DNA of 64,000 bases from an uncultured Anaerolineales bacterium (GTDB lineage: Bacteria > Chloroflexota > Anaerolineae > Anaerolineales > RBG-16-64-43), in NCBI GenBank assembly GCA_964353865.1, contig CAYGXJ010000040.1, forward strand, positions 36,329 through 100,328, in the 5' to 3' direction. Within the stretch, counting starts at the first letter, position 1. Every line of letters starts with the position of its first letter. The position numbers and the translations under genes are program-made. The notes beneath the pieces are model-generated. The model saw only the letters and a list, made by a program, of their open reading frames with translations, did no database searches and was not told where the DNA came from. Of the stretch, positions 31,678 to 38,996 are shown one piece after another.

Positions 31678-33526
31678 GCCAAACGACCGCCGTCACTTGC
31701 TGGACAGCTTGAGACCCCCAGAGGGGTACGTGCTCACGCATGCGCTGGGCACAACCTACTCGCTTGACCTCCTTAGCCTCCTTACCGTGCCGTTGGCATT
31801 CTCCCTCTTCGACTGGGAAGCACAGGACGGGAGCCAGACGAAGGATCCGCTGGCTGTGCTCGAGGCCTTGCGCAGGCATGCCGAGCATATCTTGATCTTC
31901 TGCCAGGCCGGCGCGATCTACGTTCCCGATAACGCGCCGCTACTAATTGCGAGCCTTGAGCCCTCGGTTGTCGAGGTGCGAGCGACCCGCGATGCGGGAG
32001 TCTTCCACCCCAAAATATGGTTCCTGCGCTTCGCCTCTTCCTCCGGACCGATCCTGTACCGGCTCATTTGTGCCAGCCGCAACCTGACATTCGATCGCAG
32101 CTGGGATACCGTCCTGGTGCTGGAGGGGGAGCTCGAGGAGCGGCAGGTCGGGTTCGGGGCGAATCGACCGCTGGCGGACTTCATCCAGGCCTTGCCAGCG
32201 CTGGCGCCGCACGGGGTTCCGGCAACACGTCTTGAGATTGTCCAGAGGATGCAGCGCGAGATCAGGAAGGTGCGCTTCGTTCCTCCCGAAGATTTCGACG
32301 AGGTCACCTTCTGCCCCCTCGGGATCCACGGGCATCGGAGCTGGCCCTTGCCCGAGACGATACGGAAGCTCCTAGTTGTCTCCCCGTTTCTGAGTGTCGA
32401 TTTGCTCCAGCGGCTTGCTGGAAGTGCCCAAGAGGCTGTGCTTGTCTCGAGGTTGGAGGCGCTGCAAGCACTCAGCCGAAAGCAGTTTGGCGGTTTCTCC
32501 CACCTCTACACCCTGGCGGCGGAAGCGGACCCCGAGCCAGAAGCCGAGGTTGCGGCAGAGCCGCTCCCCGAGACGGCGACTGCCGGCCTGCATGCCAAGC
32601 TGTATGTTGCCGATCTCGGATGGGACTCAAAGGTGTGGACCGGGTCGGCCAACGCGACGACGGCTGCCTTTCGGGACAATGTCGAGTTTCTGGTGGAACT
32701 CACGGGCAAGCGCTCGGTTTGCGGTGTGGACAGCCTGCTCGAGCCTGCGTCGGGGAGGATGAGGCTTGCTGATCTACTCGAGAAGTTCGTGCCGGAGAAG
32801 GATGCGCTCCCTGTGGATCCGGTCCAGGTGGCCATGGAGCAGGGTATCGAGCAGATGAAGAGGCGCATTGTCGATGCGCGGATTCGAGCACACGTTGTTC
32901 CAAGCAGAGCCGAGGACGCGTACACAGTCGTCCTCCACGGCAAATCCGGCGCCGACAGGCTTGCCACGGATTCAGAGCTGGATGTCAAGGTCCACTGCTG
33001 GCCTATCATGCAACAAGAGGAGAGCGCGGCCGCGATCGAGCGACTTGGCGGCGAGGTGGCGTCCTTTGCGAGCCTCTCGTTTCCAGGATTGACTTCCTTC
33101 TTTGCCTTCCGCGTGGACATAGCCCGGGCAGGCAAGAAGCTGTCGTCCCGATTCGTGCTGAATCTACCGCTGGTCGGCGAGCCCGAGGACCGTCAAGAGC
33201 GACTCTTGCGTCACCTACTTCAGGACCGCAACCAGGTCCTGCGGCTGCTGCTCCTGATCTTGTCTGATGTCGACGGCGCTGAACTCGGCCAAGCTGAGGT
33301 GAGGCGGCTCTTGGCGGATACCGGGCCGAGTGTGAGATTCCCGTATTCGGGCGCTCTCCTGGAGCCTCTTCTGCGCGCGCTTGCCCGGGACCCCGAGAAG
33401 CTGGATGAGGTTGCGCACCTCGTCGACGATCTGGAACGCACAGCGGAGGGCCAGGCGCTGCTGCCCGAAGGCTTTCACCGCGTTTGGGATCCGATCTGGG
33501 CGACGAGGGGGGCCAAGCGAGTGTGA
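31634..33526 (+). CDS. phospholipase-D-family (two HKD motifs) putative nuclease
   Basis: HKD-1 is GVFHPKIWFLRF...ASRNLTFD (His codon 32006). HKD-2 is GLHAKLYVADLGWDSKVWTGSANAT (His codon 32591). About 300 aa of C-terminal sequence have no recognisable motif. The gene overlaps its upstream neighbour (ATG 31634, or GTG 31670). Confidence 0.8.
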   Translation: MTSIRECHRTAEVLEPNDRRHLLDSLRPPEGYVLTHALGTTYSLDLLSLLTVPLAFSLFDWEAQDGSQTKDPLAVLEALRRHAEHILIFCQAGAIYVPDNAPLLIASLEPSVVEVRATRDAGVFHPKIWFLRFASSSGPILYRLICASRNLTFDRSWDTVLVLEGELEERQVGFGANRPLADFIQALPALAPHGVPATRLEIVQRMQREIRKVRFVPPEDFDEVTFCPLGIHGHRSWPLPETIRKLLVVSPFLSVDLLQRLAGSAQEAVLVSRLEALQALSRKQFGGFSHLYTLAAEADPEPEAEVAAEPLPETATAGLHAKLYVADLGWDSKVWTGSANATTAAFRDNVEFLVELTGKRSVCGVDSLLEPASGRMRLADLLEKFVPEKDALPVDPVQVAMEQGIEQMKRRIVDARIRAHVVPSRAEDAYTVVLHGKSGADRLATDSELDVKVHCWPIMQQEESAAAIERLGGEVASFASLSFPGLTSFFAFRVDIARAGKKLSSRFVLNLPLVGEPEDRQERLLRHLLQDRNQVLRLLLLILSDVDGAELGQAEVRRLLADTGPSVRFPYSGALLEPLLRALARDPEKLDEVAHLVDDLERTAEGQALLPEGFHRVWDPIWATRGAKRV

Positions 33527-36500
33527 ATCGCGTCGCCGAGCGACCCGATGTGGCGAGGATCGAGAGCGGGCTGAAGGATTTTCAGCGTGCAACGGTTGAC
33601 TATGTGTTCCGCCGCCTGTACACCGACCCGCGGCCCACGCGACGGTTCTTGATCGCGGATGAGGTAGGCCTTGGGAAAACCCTCGTGGCTCGGGGCGTAA
33701 TCGCTCGGGCGATCGACCACCTCTGGGATCTCGTGGACCGGATCGATATCGTCTACATCTGCTCGAACGCCGACATCGCCCGCCAGAACATCAACCGCCT
33801 CAACGTGACAGGCCAGGAGGGGTTCGCCCTGGCCTCCCGCATAACGCTCCTCCCCCTCGAGTATCACGAACTCGATCAGAGGAGACTCAACTTCATCTCC
33901 TTCACCCCGGGAACGTCGTTCGAACTCAGGTCCAGCATGGGGATGGGCACAGAACGCGCGCTTCTGTACCGGCTGCTGGAGGCCGGCTGGGGTCTCAAGG
34001 GAAACACTCCCCTGAATGTCCTGCGCGGCAATATGGGCTCGGAGAACTTCCGGTGGCGGGTGAAGGAGTCTCGCGAGTGGCAGATCGATGCCCAGCTGGC
34101 GGAGGCGTTCCTTGGTGCACTTGAGAAGCGGATCGTGGAGCAGCAGTCCCGAGGCGAGCAGGATCTACGGGCTCGGTTGGAGGACCTCTGCAAGGCCTTT
34201 GCTCGCTCAGACAGCCGAGTGACCGAAGAGGCATGGTGGGAGCGGACCGCCTGGGTGGGCGAGGTGCGGTCGCTGCTCGCGCAGACCTGTCTCAGCCAGC
34301 TCCAGCCGGACCTGATCATACTAGACGAGTTCCAACGGTTCAAGAACCTGCTGATGGGCGAGGACGCGGCGAGCCAACTGGCGCATGAACTCTTCAAGTA
34401 TGCTGACGCCCAGACGGCGGCACGTGTTCTCCTCCTCTCAGCCACGCCCTACAAGATGTACACGCTTGCACAAGAAGCAGGGGAAGACCACTATCGCGAT
34501 TTCCTTGAGACGGCTCGCTTTCTCCAAGACGATAAGGAAGCCACGATCCGTCTGGAAGGCTTGTTGGAGTCCTACAGGTCGGCAATCCTCCGAGCAGGCG
34601 AGCCAATCGGCGAGGATGTCGAGGGCGTGCGAGGGCAACTGGAGGATTGCCTACGGGTGGTCATGGCACGCACCGAGCGGCTGGCCTCAACATCGGATCG
34701 CAGCGGGATGCTGACCGAAATTGAGTCAAACCCGGAGCTGGCGCCGGAGGACATTCTCTCCTACCTGGCCCTCGAGGACCTGTCTGGCGACCTCCACGAC
34801 AGGAACTCGCTGGAGTTCTGGAAGTCAGCCTCCTACCTCCTCAACTTCATGGAGGACTACCAACTTAAGCGATCCTTCCGGGATGCCCTCAAGGATCCGG
34901 CGCGTGGAGGGTCCATTGGAGAAAAGCTTGCCTCTTGGCCTCAGCTCCTCCTTCCGTGGCGCTGGAGGGTCGAGAAGTACCGGCCTGTGGCCCCGAGCAA
35001 TCCGCGACTGAGGGCGCTGCAATCTGAGACACTGGATATGGATGCCTGGAAGCTGCTCTGGCTTCCCCCCTCGCTGCCTTACTACAAGCTGGAGGGGGCG
35101 TATGCAGAGCCGCGACTGGCGGGGTTCTCCAAGCGGCTGGTCTTTTCTTCCTGGAAGGTAGTCCCCCGGGTCGTAGCGTCTTTGCTGAGCTACGAAGCCG
35201 AGAGGCGGATGATCACCTCGTACGAGCCGAAAGCCCTGAACACGCCGGAGGAGCGGGAGAAGAGGCGTCCTCTGCTGCGTTTTGCCCGGTCCGAAGGCAG
35301 GCTGACCGGGCTCGCCCTTTTTAGTTTGATCTACCCCTGTGTGGTCTTGGCTCGCGGCTTCGACCCGTTGGGCTATCCAGGCAACTGCACAGGAGAGGAT
35401 CGGCTTCCATCAGTGAAGGAACTGTTGGGGGTCATCCAGCCGCAAATCGCGGAGCTTGTCACGTCCAAATTGTCCGGCTTGGCGACCACCAGGGCCGTGG
35501 ACGAGCGCTGGTATTGGCTCGCGCCAATCCTGTTGGATCTGGAAACGGAAGCGCACCAAGCTAAGGATTGGTGGCAACAGGAGGGCTTGCCAACGGATTG
35601 GGCGTCCCAACAAGAGGATCTGAATGACGATGAGGGCACCTCGGCGTGGGCCGATCATGTCGCGCAGGTTCGGGACCTAGTGCAAGAGTGGCGTCGCGGT
35701 GAACTACAGCTTGGGGCGATTCCCGAAGATCTGGGTGCCCTCATGGCGCAGCTCGCGGTGGCGGCTCCTGGTGTGGTGATGCTGAGGTCGCTCTCCCGCA
35801 TATCCGATGGAAAGGCAGCTCAATCCAGCTTGAGTATCCGAAACGCATCCGCGCGGACAGCCCGGGCCTTCCTGAGTCTGTTCAACCTCCCCGAAGCCAC
35901 TTCCCTGGTGCGTGGCGTGAACGCCGAAGAACCCTTCTGGCGGCGAGTGCTTGAACACTGCGTGTCTGGCGGACTCCAGCCGGTGATGGACGAGTACGTC
36001 CACGGCCTGAAGGAGTCGCTTGGTTTTGTCGGGAGCGTGTCAGAGGCTGCGGCCTCGGAAGTGGCGGACGCCGTTCGATACGCTCTGGGGCTGCGCACAT
36101 CGACGCCGGTGATCGACGACATTCGCGTGGGTCCAAGGAGCCACAGGGTCACAATCCACGAACAGCGGATGAGAAACCGCTTTGCCGTGAGGTTTGGAGA
36201 TGAGAAGACGGAGGGGTACGGGCAGCCCACACGATCCGACCAGCTGCGGGCAGCCTTCAATTCCCCCTTCTGGCCGTTTGTCCTGGCCACGACGTCGGTT
36301 GGGCAAGAAGGGTTGGATTTCCACACCTACTGCCACATCGTTGTCCACTGGAACCTGCCCGCCAATCCTGTGGACCTTGAACAACGCGAAGGCAGAGTCC
36401 ACCGCTACAAAGGGCATGCCATCCGCAAGAATCTAGCCGCGAGGTACGGCCTTCGCAGCGTCTTGGGGTTGATGGATAGGAATCGTGATCCATGGGATGT

Positions 36501-36795
36501 CCTCTTTGAGCTCGGCGTGAAGGACCGAGCCAACGGGACTGATATTGTGCCCTTCTGGGTCTATCCAATAGAGGGCGGGGCTCGGATCGAGCGGCACCTC
36601 ATGATGCTGCCGCTTAGTCGCGAGGTGGAGCGGGCAGAGGAGTTGCGGAGATCCTTGGCGATTTACCGGATGGTGTTCGGCCAGCCGCGCCAGGAAGACT
36701 TGGTGAGCTACCTGCTAAGCCGCGTGCCGGAGGAGAACGTCGAGGCTTTGGGCGAACAGCTAAGGATCAACCTTACGCCCCCTCCGACAAAGTGA
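33484..36795 (+). CDS. SNF2-family helicase-related ATPase
   Basis: Motif I LIADEVGLGKT, II LIILDEFQRFKN, III LLLSATPYKMY, putative IV KRLVFSSWKVV, V TTSVGQEGLDF and VI QREGRVHRYKGH. The gene overlaps the PLD gene (ATG 33484, or GTG 33523 in a GTGA overlap with the stop). Confidence 0.85.
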   Translation: MGSDLGDEGGQASVNRVAERPDVARIESGLKDFQRATVDYVFRRLYTDPRPTRRFLIADEVGLGKTLVARGVIARAIDHLWDLVDRIDIVYICSNADIARQNINRLNVTGQEGFALASRITLLPLEYHELDQRRLNFISFTPGTSFELRSSMGMGTERALLYRLLEAGWGLKGNTPLNVLRGNMGSENFRWRVKESREWQIDAQLAEAFLGALEKRIVEQQSRGEQDLRARLEDLCKAFARSDSRVTEEAWWERTAWVGEVRSLLAQTCLSQLQPDLIILDEFQRFKNLLMGEDAASQLAHELFKYADAQTAARVLLLSATPYKMYTLAQEAGEDHYRDFLETARFLQDDKEATIRLEGLLESYRSAILRAGEPIGEDVEGVRGQLEDCLRVVMARTERLASTSDRSGMLTEIESNPELAPEDILSYLALEDLSGDLHDRNSLEFWKSASYLLNFMEDYQLKRSFRDALKDPARGGSIGEKLASWPQLLLPWRWRVEKYRPVAPSNPRLRALQSETLDMDAWKLLWLPPSLPYYKLEGAYAEPRLAGFSKRLVFSSWKVVPRVVASLLSYEAERRMITSYEPKALNTPEEREKRRPLLRFARSEGRLTGLALFSLIYPCVVLARGFDPLGYPGNCTGEDRLPSVKELLGVIQPQIAELVTSKLSGLATTRAVDERWYWLAPILLDLETEAHQAKDWWQQEGLPTDWASQQEDLNDDEGTSAWADHVAQVRDLVQEWRRGELQLGAIPEDLGALMAQLAVAAPGVVMLRSLSRISDGKAAQSSLSIRNASARTARAFLSLFNLPEATSLVRGVNAEEPFWRRVLEHCVSGGLQPVMDEYVHGLKESLGFVGSVSEAAASEVADAVRYALGLRTSTPVIDDIRVGPRSHRVTIHEQRMRNRFAVRFGDEKTEGYGQPTRSDQLRAAFNSPFWPFVLATTSVGQEGLDFHTYCHIVVHWNLPANPVDLEQREGRVHRYKGHAIRKNLAARYGLRSVLGLMDRNRDPWDVLFELGVKDRANGTDIVPFWVYPIEGGARIERHLMMLPLSREVERAEELRRSLAIYRMVFGQPRQEDLVSYLLSRVPEENVEALGEQLRINLTPPPTK

Positions 36796-36811
36796 AGGGC
36801 ACGCGTGCCCT
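36796..36811. repeat. 16-bp perfect palindrome immediately after the helicase stop
   Basis: AGGGCACGCGTGCCCT shares the GGGCACG/CGTGCCC arms of the P1 palindromes but lacks their central hexamer. No U-tract. Confidence 0.6.
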
Positions 36812-36946
36812 CCCATCGACCTCGCGTGGGATGTGTACTGAGGGCGCCCTACCACGGACATCACAGCCACCTACGCGTACCCACGGCCGCCACTATGCGA
36901 TGTCCCGGGTCTTACCATCGCCGCCTCACCCCCTCGGAGGGGCCTC

Positions 36947-37486
36947 ATGCATACGCCACGCACCCTGCGCCTCAGTCTCTGCCTCCTGTTCGCCGCCATG
37001 CTTGCCTGCAACTTGAAGGGGAACATGCTCTGGAACCTCGCCGGCCCGCAGACACCGGCCGATATCGTCGCAACATACGCGGCGCCGGCCGCGGACGACG
37101 CTGCGGTCGAGGAGTGCCTCGCGCCACCGGAGGCGTACGCGTTCGCCAACGAGAACCTCGACGTCAAGGTCGACGGCCCGAACGCGATCTGCAACGCCAC
37201 ATTTACACTCAAGAACCTCGGGCAGGAGCCACTTTCGGCCGTCGTCCACATCGCCTGGGATAACACGGTCGAGCAGTCGCAGTTCTGGGAAGTCAAGCCT
37301 CTGGGCCGGGGCGTGTCGTGGACCGAGCATGTGAACGAGTCCCACCTGATTCAGAATGCCTACTTGCGCGTGACCCACATGCTCGTGGTTCGCGATGTGC
37401 CTGAGTGCTGGTGGTTGGCCGCGAACGCCGAGCAGCCGCGCAGGGCAACGATTGCTGTCGCCATCGATCCACTCCCATGCCCGTGA
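36947..37486 (+). CDS. lipoprotein, hypothetical (copy A of a duplicated gene)
   Basis: Signal plus lipobox MHTPRTLRLSLCLLFAAMLAC, with GGAGGGG upstream. In my hand alignment, 87 of 122 C-terminal residues are identical to ORF 49733..50203. Confidence 0.6.
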   Translation: MHTPRTLRLSLCLLFAAMLACNLKGNMLWNLAGPQTPADIVATYAAPAADDAAVEECLAPPEAYAFANENLDVKVDGPNAICNATFTLKNLGQEPLSAVVHIAWDNTVEQSQFWEVKPLGRGVSWTEHVNESHLIQNAYLRVTHMLVVRDVPECWWLAANAEQPRRATIAVAIDPLPCP

Positions 37487-37617
37487 GATCCCAGCGCAAG
37501 CCCTGACGCACAATAGACTTCCGGTTGGCGGATCGCCGTGCTCGGGCGACGGCGCGATGGCATCGCTCATTCTGCTCGGGCCACCGGCTGCACGACCGCG
37601 GTCTTCAGAGATTTGAC

Positions 37618-38064
37618 CTACCCGCCCACCAACTCCGGATGGCTCTTTTTGAGCCAAGCCTCGACTGCCTTCGTCAACGCCTTAGCCTCACTGACGAGTT
37701 CATTGGCCTCGGTGTCGGAAATCCCTCCGCCCCGGTCATAAGTGCCGACATTCCGCTTGGTGCGGCAACTCTCGAGGTAGATAGCCAGGCCGGCGGATTC
37801 CTTCCCCATGACGAGCGGTAGCGCCTGGAAAGTGACCCGGTGGTGGCCCGCCCCATGTGTCTGATATCCGGCACACGCGAGCGGGACCGTGGCCAGCGGC
37901 AGGACCGCTTCATATGCAATCAGGAACCGCCGGTCGGGTGAGAGACCCGCAACCGAGGCATCCGTCAAGTCACGCTTTGCGAGCCTTAGTAGATCTCCGA
38001 TTTCCTTGCCGCTTGTCTTGTGTCGCCTGAGTTGTCCCTCGGCCAGCAAGCACTCTAAGCTCAT
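37618..38064 (-). CDS. HEPN-domain toxin (HEPN/MNT type II/VII TA system)
   Basis: 148 aa. The N-terminus LLAEGQLRRHKTSGKEI and the RTKRNVGTYD motif region (Rx4-6H-like position) are typical of HEPN partners of MNT. It lies downstream of and overlapping the MNT gene. Confidence 0.7.
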   Translation of the reverse strand: MSLECLLAEGQLRRHKTSGKEIGDLLRLAKRDLTDASVAGLSPDRRFLIAYEAVLPLATVPLACAGYQTHGAGHHRVTFQALPLVMGKESAGLAIYLESCRTKRNVGTYDRGGGISDTEANELVSEAKALTKAVEAWLKKSHPELVGG

Positions 38065-38656
38065 CGTCGCCCCCTATGAGATAGATCTTGGGTGCCTCCA
38101 GCGTCGCGTGGAGAAAGTGGTTTCCCTCGCGCGCCTTGCGCCGGAACTCGGCCTTGGTCATGAGAACCGGATTGATTTCTCGCCCCAGGCTCTCCCGAAG
38201 AGGGGCGAGCAGCCCGGCCAGCGCTCTCCCGGTCAGCGCCCCAATGACCAGGATGTCGATGTCGCTCGAGGCCGTGTCGGTGCCCTCGGCAATTGAGCCA
38301 AAGATGAAGGCGACCTCGATCTCGCCAGATGCCTGCTGAAGGCTTTCTCTTAGCGCATCGCCCATTCCGACTGTCTTGAGCAGTAGGGACTTGAGTTCGG
38401 GGAAGATCGGCGCTCTGCGATTGGCTTGGTAGTACTTGCGATTGCCCTCCACAGACGACTGCAAGAGCCCGCTCGCCTCCAGGCGCGCCACCTCAACCTG
38501 AACCGCGCGTACTGGCAGGTCGGCTTTGGTCGCAATCTCACGCAAATAGAAGCGGCGATCCGGGTTTAAGAGGAGCAGCTTGAGCACGGCTAGGCGCGCC
38601 TGCGAGGTGAAGAGTGCTTCGGCCAGCGAGCCGGAATGTATACTTTTTTTAGTCAT
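37970..38656 (-). CDS. wHTH-fused minimal nucleotidyltransferase (MNT antitoxin)
   Basis: The N-terminal ArsR-like wHTH reads RLAVLKLLLLNPDRRFYLREIATKADLPVRAVQVEVARLEASGLL. The NTase motif is AFIFGSIAEGTDTASSDIDILVIG. Start moved to ATG 38656 because the ORF-track start 38695 lies in the -35 box. Confidence 0.8.
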   Translation of the reverse strand: MTKKSIHSGSLAEALFTSQARLAVLKLLLLNPDRRFYLREIATKADLPVRAVQVEVARLEASGLLQSSVEGNRKYYQANRRAPIFPELKSLLLKTVGMGDALRESLQQASGEIEVAFIFGSIAEGTDTASSDIDILVIGALTGRALAGLLAPLRESLGREINPVLMTKAEFRRKAREGNHFLHATLEAPKIYLIGGDDELRVLAGRGTTQATQDKRQGNRRSTKARKA

Positions 38657-38666
38657 ATGTATACAT
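38636..38666. promoter_or_regulatory. two ATGTATAC operator-like sites flanking the MNT start codon
   Basis: ATGTATAC at 38636..38643 and ATGTATACAT at 38657..38666 (a 10-bp perfect palindrome) are spaced 21 nt start to start. They are candidate binding sites for the wHTH of the MNT protein. Confidence 0.45.
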
Positions 38667-38695
38667 AATATATACGTTGCAAAGCGGGTTGTCAA
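38667..38695 (-). promoter_or_regulatory. strong sigma70-type promoter of the MNT/HEPN cassette (near-leaderless)
   Basis: The minus strand reads TTGACA, a 17-nt spacer, then TATATT. The -10 element ends 10 nt before ATG 38656, so the leader is only a few nt. The stretch is strikingly AT-rich for this genome. Confidence 0.6.
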
Positions 38696-38715
38696 GCGCA
38701 GGGTGCCGGAAGCCT

Positions 38716-38985
38716 TGCGCCCTCACCCTCTCCCGCTGGGAGAGGGAACCCCTCGGCTTCATGCCGCGTGAGGGACCTGCGTTGGTTAGACAGCCCACTC
38801 GATGTGTCAACCCACCGCCGAGGCTATGACAGAAGTCGCCTGCACTCGCCTTGCATGTCCGCCATTACTCTCCGCCCGCAATGCCCCTCCGCCCCTCCTC
38901 CATATCCGCACCCTCCTCGCCGGCGCATATAGTACGCGCATGCACAAGGCGACCCGCGCCGCTAGGCTGCACTTCACGCAGAAGG
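38716..38985. repeat. non-coding segment R (diverged duplicate of 50262..50520)
   Basis: Shared blocks include CCCTCTCCCG.GGGAGA.GGAACCCCTCGG.TTCA.GCCGC.TGAGGGAC, ATGACAGAAGTC.CCTG, GCATGTCC, CCTCCGCCCCTCCTCC.TATCCG and ATAGTACGCGCATGCACAAG. Confidence 0.75.
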
Positions 38986-38996
38986 CGAGAGGCCGC

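Noticed and set aside
29531-36795. Calling the island operon DISARM, BREX or a classical R-M system
   Set aside because: No methyltransferase, DrmA/DrmB (DUF1998), PglZ/BrxC or specificity subunit is visible. Only the PLD + SNF2 pairing is shared with DISARM.
29200-38715. Annotating the island as an integrative mobile element
   Set aside because: No integrase, transposase, tRNA target or matching terminal direct repeats could be found by eye. Only compositional hints and repeat modules mark the edges.
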